From assembly GCA_963837175.1 (NCBI GenBank), contig CAWIMJ010000050.1, positions 1-64,000 on the forward strand: DNA of 64,000 nucleotides, read 5' to 3'. The stretch comes from an uncultured Nitrososphaeraceae archaeon. GTDB lineage: Archaea > Thermoproteota > Nitrososphaeria > Nitrososphaerales > Nitrososphaeraceae. A program made the translations under genes and the position numbers. The notes beneath the pieces were generated by a model. The model did no database searches and was not told the origin of the DNA. It was given only the letters and a program-made list of their open reading frames with translations. Below are positions 55,186 through 64,000 of the stretch, one piece after another. The stretch's first letter is position 1. The number at the start of each line of letters is the position of its first letter.

Positions 55186-57912
55186 TTGACTCAGCAGGAA
55201 TATTTTCAGTCAGATAAGAGAAAAAGAATAGGTGACTTACAAGAGCTACCAGAAAATACACCTTCACTTTTACTTTCAGCAATCTATTTAGGGGACGAAC
55301 AAAAGGTATATCTTAAGTTTTATGATTCTAATTCTAGTAGGATTTACTTTTGGCGTGACAGAACTAATCACAAACCGTATTGCTATACAAAGATGCAATA
55401 CAGAAATGCAGCTGAAAAAATTGCTGAAATAGAAAAAAAATATTCATTAGAACTGACAAAAAAATCTGACTTAATATCTGACAAGGAGATAGATATACTA
55501 AAAATAACTGCTCCTGACCCATTATCGATTGGAGGAACTGAAAATAGCATCAGAGAAAAAGTAACATCTTGGGAAGCAGATATAAAATATCATGAAAATT
55601 ATCTATACGATACAAGACTTATTCCTGGATCATATTATATTAGGAAAGGAGAAGAAATAAAACAATTCGAATACGAAATTTCTAATAAGGTTCAAGAGGA
55701 GCTAAAAAATCTATTATGGAATAAAATAAAAGAAGACGAAGATAAAACTAAAAACAGAGAATATCGACAATACATTACTAGCTGGGCTAACCTTCTCAAT
55801 CAGCCTATTCCTGATCTTAAAAGAGTTTCAATAGACATTGAAGTTGAATCAGAAGAAGGGAGAATGCCTACTCCACGAGAGCATGAGAGACGTATTATCG
55901 CAGTTGGATTTGTGGCAAATGATGGATTTAAAAAGGTACTCGTCCTAGAACCGGACAAATCTCATGATGATGGTTCTTCATTTATTCCAGAGGCTGAAAT
56001 TTGCAAGTCAGAAAAAGAGTTATTAGAAAAAACGTTTCAAATCATTAATTCTTATCCGATCATCGTTACCTACAATGGTGACGATTTCGATCTTCCATAC
56101 TTGTATGCTAGATCTCAAGATCCAAGAATTGATCCTATTGGCAAGGAGATAATACCAAAGGATGATATTCCAATAGTAATTAAAAGAGAGACTTTTGTAA
56201 AGCGTGGTATACAGGCAGAGCCTGTTCAAACAAAGCATGGATTGCATCTCGATTTATTTAGAACATTCCAGAATAGATCGGTACAAATCTATGCTTTTAG
56301 TCGCAAATACACAGAATATACACTTAACGCAATTTGTGAAGCTCTGTTAAATGACAGCAAAGTTGAATTCGATGGTGATATTAGCGAACTCCCCATTCAA
56401 AAGCTGGCAGAGTATTGTCTTAAGGATGCTGACCTGACTTTTAGATTGACGAGTTTTAATGATAATTTATTAATGAAACTTTTAGTGGTTATCTCCCGGA
56501 TAGGTAGATTATCGATCGATGATGTTGCTCGCTTTGGTGTTAACCAATGGATAAGAGGAATGTTATATTATGAACATCGTCAGAGAAATGCGCTTATCCC
56601 ACGACGAGATGAACTTCAAGCGAAAGGAAGCTCATCGACTACCGCAATTATAAAAGAAAAAAAATATCGCGGTGGTTTGGTAGTGGAACCTGCGCTAGGT
56701 ATCCATTTCAATGTGGTTGTTGTGGACTTTGCAAGTCTATATCCAAGTATCATCAAAGTACATAATCTTTCGTATGAAACAGTAAATTGTCCACATCAAA
56801 GTTGCATGAATGACTCAGGCCAGCGTATACCAGGAACTACACATTGGATATGCAAAGAAAAGAGAGGTTTGACTTCTCTTTTGATCGGCTCACTACGAGA
56901 TTTACGAGTGAATTATTACAAATATCTTTCTAAAGATAAGACTATACCTGTAGAAGAGCAGCAATTATACAACGTCGTAAGCCAAGCTATCAAAGTAATT
57001 CTTAATGCCAGTTATGGAGTAATGGGTGCCGAAATCTTCCCGCTCTATTGTTTGCCTGTAGCTGATGCAACTGCCGCAATCGGAAGAACAACGACAACAA
57101 AAACGATCGAAAAATGTAAAGAGATAGGAATTGATGTAATATATGGTGATACAGACTCACTTTTTTTAAAAAACCCTTCTTCAAAGAGTGTTGATGAAAT
57201 ATCTGTATGGGCTAGAAATAATCTTGGTATAGATCTTGAAATTGACAAGCAATATAGATATGTCGTATTTAGTGATCTAAAGAAAAATTATTTAGGGGTT
57301 CTAGCAGATGGTACAGTAGACGTCAAAGGTCTAACAGGAAAGAAATCTCACACTCCTCCATTTATACGGAATGCATTTTACAAAATATTGGACATTTTAG
57401 GAGGTGTAAATTCAACGAATGATTTTGAATTTGCTAAAGAACAGATTAAAAAGATTCTTCAAGAAAATGCTAAAAACCTGGAACGCGGAAAGATACCTCT
57501 AGCAGATTTAAGTTTTAATGTCATGGTAAATAAATCCCCAAATAAATATGGTAAAAAGACTACATCATCTGCTAATAGTAGACCATCTTCGCTCGACGGT
57601 AATAGAAATGACCACCACGAAGTTGAAACATATAAAGGGTTACCTCAGCATATCAAAGCTGCAAAATTACTGCTAGATAGTGGAAAGGAAGTAAAAGCTG
57701 GAGATATAATTTCCTATGTAAAAACAAAAACTGGAGACGGAGTTAGACCCGTTGATCTTTTAATAAGGACAGACGATATAGACACTGAAAAGTATCTTGA
57801 TACAATGGAAGCAACTTTCGATCAGCTTCTCTCATCCTTAAACTTCGATTTCAAATCTATATTGGGCAAGCCACGACAATCTAATTTAGACGAGTTGTTT
57901 TGGAGTAGATAG
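55186..57912 (+). CDS. polB: Family B DNA polymerase (PolB1-like)
   Basis: Exonuclease motifs DIEV, YNGDDFD, YCLKDA; polymerase motifs DFASLYPS, KVILNASYG, YGDTDS, KKNY. Confidence 0.97.
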   Translation: MTQQEYFQSDKRKRIGDLQELPENTPSLLLSAIYLGDEQKVYLKFYDSNSSRIYFWRDRTNHKPYCYTKMQYRNAAEKIAEIEKKYSLELTKKSDLISDKEIDILKITAPDPLSIGGTENSIREKVTSWEADIKYHENYLYDTRLIPGSYYIRKGEEIKQFEYEISNKVQEELKNLLWNKIKEDEDKTKNREYRQYITSWANLLNQPIPDLKRVSIDIEVESEEGRMPTPREHERRIIAVGFVANDGFKKVLVLEPDKSHDDGSSFIPEAEICKSEKELLEKTFQIINSYPIIVTYNGDDFDLPYLYARSQDPRIDPIGKEIIPKDDIPIVIKRETFVKRGIQAEPVQTKHGLHLDLFRTFQNRSVQIYAFSRKYTEYTLNAICEALLNDSKVEFDGDISELPIQKLAEYCLKDADLTFRLTSFNDNLLMKLLVVISRIGRLSIDDVARFGVNQWIRGMLYYEHRQRNALIPRRDELQAKGSSSTTAIIKEKKYRGGLVVEPALGIHFNVVVVDFASLYPSIIKVHNLSYETVNCPHQSCMNDSGQRIPGTTHWICKEKRGLTSLLIGSLRDLRVNYYKYLSKDKTIPVEEQQLYNVVSQAIKVILNASYGVMGAEIFPLYCLPVADATAAIGRTTTTKTIEKCKEIGIDVIYGDTDSLFLKNPSSKSVDEISVWARNNLGIDLEIDKQYRYVVFSDLKKNYLGVLADGTVDVKGLTGKKSHTPPFIRNAFYKILDILGGVNSTNDFEFAKEQIKKILQENAKNLERGKIPLADLSFNVMVNKSPNKYGKKTTSSANSRPSSLDGNRNDHHEVETYKGLPQHIKAAKLLLDSGKEVKAGDIISYVKTKTGDGVRPVDLLIRTDDIDTEKYLDTMEATFDQLLSSLNFDFKSILGKPRQSNLDELFWSR

Positions 57913-57940
57913 CGTTATGGTTGTTCAAAAAGCAGGTGTG

Positions 57941-57977
57941 ATATATATCTATCTATCTACCTATCTATCTCTCTATA
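57941..57977. repeat. Imperfect (TATC)n/(TA)n microsatellite downstream of polB
   Basis: atatatatctatctatctacctatctatctctctata. Confidence 0.7.
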
Positions 57978-58653
57978 TTTATTTATTATATCATTATGTG
58001 TCTAAAAATACTACCATACAAGCATTCTTCAATGATTTTATTAGGATTCTATTATTTGAAGAAAAGAGTATTTGGTGATGATTCTATTAAATTCAAATAA
58101 AAAATAAATTTGTTGATCTAGATATGAGATAGAAACACACAAAAAAAGCAAATGGCAAAAGAACTAAGATTTCTTATTTAAAAGACTTTATTTATAAAAT
58201 TCATCCATTCTTTCACTGTGCGAAGAGAAGAATGTATCAATGGATATTTGTGCTTTTGAATTGATAATGCCATCTGACAGATTGAATGAAAGGAAAGGGA
58301 TTTGTTGATCCAACAAATCCCTTTATACTTATGGTGGGATGGGTGTATTTCTTACTCTAAAAACATTCAACCTATTATTAATTATAATTTGAAAGGTTTG
58401 ATCCTATTTCCTATGTGATATGAATTTAAATCAGAAAATAGAAAAAAAGTCTATTATTATTATATTTTATCGTTAAACTGAATTATCAAGCTACAGATTT
58501 ATTACTAGTGGGAGCACGTTAATAGCTTTAAAATAAAGTAAGAATTAATTTCCTTTATAATCTGAATTAGCCGAGAATTAATACATAACTTAGTGTGGAT
58601 ACATACTAGACAATCCAATTTTAATCGAAGAAAAGCATTTAAATCTTTTTAAT

Positions 58654-59637
58654 TTGTGGTTATCATTGAAGACTACTTTAAATTTTCTTGAGCCTCTATT
58701 TATCATTCCTGAAAAAACAAATGCTGGATATAGTTTTGCAGATACTCCTTTCAGGATAACATTCGATGAGTCAACTGTTGTGTTGTATGGTGTGCCCTTA
58801 GATATTACAACTACTTTTGGCAAAGGAGCTGCAAGAGGGCCGGAGGCCATTAGGCTGACTTCTGCTCTTCAAATTGAAACGTTTCTTTTAGATGAAAAAG
58901 TCGATATCTATGAAAGAGCCAAAATTTTTGATCTAGGAGATTTAAGAATTCCTCTACCAAAAAATAAAAAAGTAAATGAAAGTTCTATTATTCACTCTCT
59001 CAAATACCTAGATAAGACAATTCCTGAAATTACTGACAGATTAGTCAGATCAAATAAATTACCTGTAATCATGGGTGGAGAACACACCGTGACATACTAT
59101 TCTCTCAGACCATTAGCAAAGATAAAACCAATTGTTATTCACTTTGATGCACACAGGGATATGAAACCTGAATACAATGGTATGAAGATCTGTCACACTA
59201 CTCCTTTTTATCATTTAATGAGAGAAGGATATATTCCAGGCTCCAATATTATCCAAATTGGAATAAGGCAAACTGATAAGCAAGAAAATAAGATAGCAGA
59301 AGAAAATGGGGTTGTGACATTTGATGCTTGGGAAATACATCGAGATATTGATAATGTATTAAATTATCTTAAATCTGCAACTTTTAACAAGAAGGTATAC
59401 ATATCATTCGATATAGATGTGTATGATATTCCATATGTGCCATGTACTGGTACCCCAGAACCATTTGGGTTGAATCCCTTTGAAATTTTAGAAATAATAA
59501 AAAGTTTAGATAAATCCTCAAAACTTGTAGGCATAGATATTGTCGAAGTCGGTCTAAGAAACAGCGATTATAGAGAGGGAACACTTGCGACACAAACGTT
59601 ATTTAGATTACTCTCACATTCTTGTATTACCCATTAA
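58654..59637 (+). CDS. speB: Agmatinase/ureohydrolase (arginase family); start uncertain
   Basis: GGEHTV, FDAHRD, SFDIDVYD and PCTGTPEPFG motifs. Confidence 0.88.
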   Translation: MWLSLKTTLNFLEPLFIIPEKTNAGYSFADTPFRITFDESTVVLYGVPLDITTTFGKGAARGPEAIRLTSALQIETFLLDEKVDIYERAKIFDLGDLRIPLPKNKKVNESSIIHSLKYLDKTIPEITDRLVRSNKLPVIMGGEHTVTYYSLRPLAKIKPIVIHFDAHRDMKPEYNGMKICHTTPFYHLMREGYIPGSNIIQIGIRQTDKQENKIAEENGVVTFDAWEIHRDIDNVLNYLKSATFNKKVYISFDIDVYDIPYVPCTGTPEPFGLNPFEILEIIKSLDKSSKLVGIDIVEVGLRNSDYREGTLATQTLFRLLSHSCITH

Positions 59638-59805
59638 TAGATAATTTGTAACTCTAGGATCATCTTATTACATTCTAAATTTCTTTAAAATAGTCAGTCT
59701 TTCTAGTACCCACGGTAGAATATAGTATATAATATACTAAAATAATTAGGAAAAAATGAAATAGCAAATATGAGGGGTAAATGATATGAAAATCAAAAGC
59801 AACAA

Positions 59806-61242
59806 TTATTGCCCATCGATAACTGATCTAAAGTATATATCGCCGTTTCCTGTTGTAGTATCGCTCCATACTATATATCCGTTATCTTGAGACGTTGCTA
59901 TGCGCGGTAAGATAGAGTTTCCTTGATTATTACTTAAATTAACGGCTTGACTGAAATTTTTACCCTCATCATTACTAACGGTAAAAAAGATGTCAAATAT
60001 TCCTGGATATGTGCGTATGTAGAGGCCACTCCATACTACATACAATTTAGTTTCTGATGCAGCAATTTGCTGATAGTCTGCCACTTCGCTAGTATTTTCA
60101 CTTAAAATTTTTGTATCTGTTGTATTTGCTCCATTATATAAGATTCCTCTAAATCTCACTTCCCAATTTAAAGAAGTGCCCTCTCCTGCAGTATTATCTT
60201 CCCAAACAGCATACATATTCTCTCCAGATATGGCTGTCTGTGGATCAAATGAATCACCTGGATTTTTTGTTAAAACCTTTGTATTTGTAAAGTTAGAGCC
60301 TCCATTAGTACTCACCCTAAATAGTAGATCAAAATTCTTAGAAGAGTTACTATTTCCAGAACGGGAGTTATCTTCCCAAACGATATAAACTGTATTCCCA
60401 GAAGCAGCGAGTTGCGGAGAATTTGCGTTCACATCATTCTTTTGACTCAGCACTCTAGTAATATTAAAATTATTGCCATTATCATTACTAGCCCTAAATC
60501 TTATTCCTCCTCTATCAGCGGTTTCATCTCGCCATACTACGTATATATTATTCCCTGTAGCCTCAACCTGCGGAAAATGCGCCGATCCATTGAGATTTCT
60601 ACTCAAATTTTTGAGCGAAGCAAATGAAGTACCATTATCTGCACTCGATTTAAAATATATATCGCCGTTTCCTGTTGTAGTATCGCTCCATACTATGTAA
60701 ACGCTATTTCCCATGGCCGTTATTTGAGGATGCGTTGAGCTACCGTTATTATTGCTCAAGTCCTCAGTAGGATAAAATAAATTACCTTTATCAGAACTTC
60801 TCTTAAAATAAATTTGATCCCTTCCTGAACTATTGTCAGTCCATACAACATAGACGTTATCTCCTTCTGCTGCTATCTGTGGATTGTCAGATCGTCCAAC
60901 GTTATTACTCAAGTTTTTGATGCTGTTAAATGAAGTACCATTATCTGCACTTGCTGAAAAGTAAATGTCATCGTTTCCTGAACTATTATCACGCCATACA
61001 ACATAGACATCACTTTCAAAAGTCGTAATTTGAGGATTAAATGAAAAGCCAGTATTGTTGCTTAAATTAGTAAGATTACCCAAGAGCTGAGCATGAGCGG
61101 GTTGAAATAACAATAATAATGGTAACGTATTAGTAGAATTAACAAATACTAAAAAAATTGTTAGTGTTGCTAATATAATACCTAGAGTATAGATATTTAA
61201 TTTATCTGTAAAAAATATAGGCAGGACAATAGTCTCTTTCAT
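59806..61242 (-). CDS. Secreted BNR/Asp-box repeat beta-propeller (sialidase-like) protein; start probably ATG 61242
   Basis: Seven repeats of NLS...S..PQI....N.VY.VW.D...G..DIYF..S.D.G..F. Confidence 0.88.
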   Translation of the reverse strand: MKETIVLPIFFTDKLNIYTLGIILATLTIFLVFVNSTNTLPLLLLFQPAHAQLLGNLTNLSNNTGFSFNPQITTFESDVYVVWRDNSSGNDDIYFSASADNGTSFNSIKNLSNNVGRSDNPQIAAEGDNVYVVWTDNSSGRDQIYFKRSSDKGNLFYPTEDLSNNNGSSTHPQITAMGNSVYIVWSDTTTGNGDIYFKSSADNGTSFASLKNLSRNLNGSAHFPQVEATGNNIYVVWRDETADRGGIRFRASNDNGNNFNITRVLSQKNDVNANSPQLAASGNTVYIVWEDNSRSGNSNSSKNFDLLFRVSTNGGSNFTNTKVLTKNPGDSFDPQTAISGENMYAVWEDNTAGEGTSLNWEVRFRGILYNGANTTDTKILSENTSEVADYQQIAASETKLYVVWSGLYIRTYPGIFDIFFTVSNDEGKNFSQAVNLSNNQGNSILPRIATSQDNGYIVWSDTTTGNGDIYFRSVIDGQ

Positions 61243-61825
61243 GATAGGATCTTCTTTGTCATAGTTAAGGGAAACGACCTTTTTAAGTTTCTTAACCGAA
61301 CGAAAGTATTGAATGTAATACTTGAAACATTTAAAGCACATTTAGAGCAATAAAATTATGGTCACTTAAAATTCATTTAGATATACGTATAATGTTGTTA
61401 TTGTTAGTTGCTATCGCAAATAATATAGCATACTCTTAAGTTGTTGGAATTAATTTAATTATTGTGTCTTGCTCAGTAAAAAGAGAAAGAATACAAAGAT
61501 CATGTTTTATGAAATTATACCATTTTCACAATTTTCTCTACATTAAATAATCTTGTTTTGACACGATTGTTTTATCGAGACGCTATACCAATTTTTATTT
61601 TCTAATTTCTATATTGAATGATGCCTGCATCAAGTTTTATACTGTACACGTTATGTTACTATTTATTCTAATTATTAATTTTATATGTAATATTTTTTTT
61701 CTTAGACTATGATAACCCATATATAAATATTATTTCAATATATCTATTTCCGCAAAAAAATTGTTATTTTTTATCTACTAGTTTAATCAATTGGAGAAGA
61801 TATAGATATTGTAAGAGCAGTGGCA

Positions 61826-63379
61826 CTAGTAATTGCTTCTAATTTCAATTTCTTTTGCTGCTCCGGGGTTTTGCCGCATACTTGCAAAAGGATATATTTT
61901 AAAATTAAACTTAGTTTTGTCATCTGGAACAAGTATGTCTAGTGTTTGTGAATTATCATAGAGAGATTTCATTACAGTCGAGGAACGTCTTTCAGTATTT
62001 GACATGAGTTTCTTAAACTGTTGGTCGGCAATGAGAATATATCTTTCAGTTTCGAGCGGCTTTCCACTGAACATGCTTCTGTCATAAAAGGCCTTGTCAA
62101 AGCCGTGTCTGGGCATCGTAAAATAAATTGGAGATGCTACCAATGATACTGCAGTAGTACTATTAGTATCATCTTTATTTGGTAACTTTTGAACAATTAC
62201 AGCCAATGCTTTATACACAGATGAATTTACATTTGTCGTAATTAACATGGTAGTAGATACCAATCCAAAAATTATAATTCCTGAAATTATAGCAAATGGC
62301 AATGTTTGCTGAAGATTATATTTCTTGATAATTTTTATTTTACTTGGTAGCTCTACAAGAAACCTAGATGCTGCAATACAGAATGCAGGAATTAGCGGCA
62401 TCACGTGAAATGCCGATACATAGCCTATAAAATAAAGAAATATGAGAAATGGAACAACCCACAATAAAAGAAAGAAATCTCTTTTTACCGCTGCATAAAT
62501 CAAGCCAGCCGTACCAAGCACAAGCAAAATGGGATCATTTTGAAAAAAGGTTTTTATTGTTCCACTTAATGGACTACTTGGTCGTCCCGTCGTTTGCCAT
62601 AAGACACCATGTATCCATTGATCAAATTCTCCAATTATCATGGCATGAGCAGGCCAAATTAATGGAATTAAAATAACAGGGATAAACCATAGTCCAAGAT
62701 TTCTTAGCTTATGGCCATTAGTATTATTAGTATAAATTAGAAAACCTACTAGCGGAATCATTGTAAAGACAGGAACTTTTGTAAAGATTGACAATCCTAA
62801 AAATGCGCCAGAAAGTAAAATCATAGAAATTGCTTTATATCTGGCAGCGTTATTGTTATTTTCTATCTTCAAGTCTTTTACATAAATTGCCAAAAGTATT
62901 GAGGTTAGAAGGAAAGGCACTTGAATTGTCTCCAAGAATATCCTTCTAAAGAGCCAGCCATAAGGTATTACAGCAAAGAGAATAGCTGCAACTAGAGCAA
63001 CATTTCTGTTATGATAGCGACGCTCGGTTATCTTGTAAATAAGAAAAGTATCAGCTACTGCAAGTAATCCCATCAACACTCTTGGAACAAGATAAAGCAT
63101 CTCTACTGAGTGCAGTACACCATTACCAGTATCAGAAAGGTTCAATGAATCTGGATAACCAACAATTCCTAATACACCTGCCAAGAAAATTTGTCCAAAA
63201 TATGGAGCTGCATAGCGGTGTAGCGGGTCTATCCCTGTACCATCCAAAATAGACATTGCCTTTCGCATATAGTGACCTTCATCAATATGTGCAGAGGGAA
63301 ATCCTAAAGGATTCCAAAGATGAGTAAATGCTGATAAAGCTAGTGGTATTGCCAGTAGCAAAATGTTTCTTTGCCGCAC
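61826..63379 (-). CDS. GT-C glycosyltransferase (family 39/ArnT-like)
   Basis: IDEGHY, PYFGQIFL and LSIFTKVP motifs; many transmembrane helices. Confidence 0.85.
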   Translation of the reverse strand: MRQRNILLLAIPLALSAFTHLWNPLGFPSAHIDEGHYMRKAMSILDGTGIDPLHRYAAPYFGQIFLAGVLGIVGYPDSLNLSDTGNGVLHSVEMLYLVPRVLMGLLAVADTFLIYKITERRYHNRNVALVAAILFAVIPYGWLFRRIFLETIQVPFLLTSILLAIYVKDLKIENNNNAARYKAISMILLSGAFLGLSIFTKVPVFTMIPLVGFLIYTNNTNGHKLRNLGLWFIPVILIPLIWPAHAMIIGEFDQWIHGVLWQTTGRPSSPLSGTIKTFFQNDPILLVLGTAGLIYAAVKRDFFLLLWVVPFLIFLYFIGYVSAFHVMPLIPAFCIAASRFLVELPSKIKIIKKYNLQQTLPFAIISGIIIFGLVSTTMLITTNVNSSVYKALAVIVQKLPNKDDTNSTTAVSLVASPIYFTMPRHGFDKAFYDRSMFSGKPLETERYILIADQQFKKLMSNTERRSSTVMKSLYDNSQTLDILVPDDKTKFNFKIYPFASMRQNPGAAKEIEIRSNY

Positions 63380-64000
63380 GTTAACTCTAATATATTGACT
63401 TAGGTACAGAGTTTATACTTACTTTATTGTCCTTTTTATATCTTACATTCTTCGACATCTTAAAAGCAAAGTATATTTTTCCCAGTATGACTTAAATCAA
63501 AACTAGCGGGGAATATTCAGATCAAAAAAATGATAAGGTGAAATGTCCCTCATCAATTTCTTTTATTTTTGCTTTCTATATGTGACACTTTCTTTACAAC
63601 GAGAGCTTCTACTCGTTATTAATCTATAAGAAGAATAGCCTCTGAGAAAATAGATGATTTCACAGATTAAAATTGAAAAAGATTATTTCTCGATTTGGAT
63701 TTTTATAGAATTTTCTAATGGTACAACATTCTTGGTGATTCTATTTCTTTGTAAAGAAACACAATTTTTGTAATAGCAAAACAATTCCTGAAAAATGGCT
63801 ATGATAGTCTTATATTTGAAATCTGAATTCAGAATTAAGACAGCTTATTAACTTGATGCTATCTCCTATCGCAGCAGAAGAGTATAAACAAATTAATGCG
63901 GCTAAGTTTTGATATAGCTATATACAAAAGCAACCAAATAGTTGGCCATACATGATGCATAATTTCTCAGTTCAAAATGTTTGTAAACATTATTTTTAAT

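Noticed and set aside
59834-60696. Diversity-generating retroelement template/variable repeat pair
   Set aside because: The repeats are identical with no adenine-specific mismatches, both are coding, and no reverse transcriptase is present in the window.

Overview
AT-rich archaeal chromosome segment that best fits a soil ammonia-oxidising archaeon (Nitrososphaerota, Nitrososphaeraceae-like). The assignment rests on TFB, EF-1alpha/rpS10, PolB, Cdc48, Nep1, a urease cluster, and typical Nitrososphaera-type secreted, phasin-like and small Zn-finger proteins. Main blocks: (1) a urea-utilisation island: urea transporter, hypothetical gene, ureABC, a divergent chaperonin and an unknown ORF inserted inside the operon, then ureEFGD. 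Two identical 18-bp palindromes sit upstream of ureA and the transporter, next to an Lrp/AsnC regulator and an orphan ParB-like protein. (2) A 690-bp IS6 element with a perfect 8-bp target duplication. (3) A 2.9-kb cargo-carrying IS6-family transposon (39045-41966) with multi-repeat ends, a SWIM/Zn-ribbon transposase, an RHH operon, a decayed RNase H-fold (DUF3800-like) gene and a GC-rich, possibly structured downstream segment. (4) A tandem HiPIP-like protein near a TrxB-like flavoprotein that lacks the NADPH motif. (5) Housekeeping genes with many pseudogene relics and single-base frameshifts. I found no rRNA, tRNA or CRISPR array. All family assignments come from motif recognition by eye, not from database searches.
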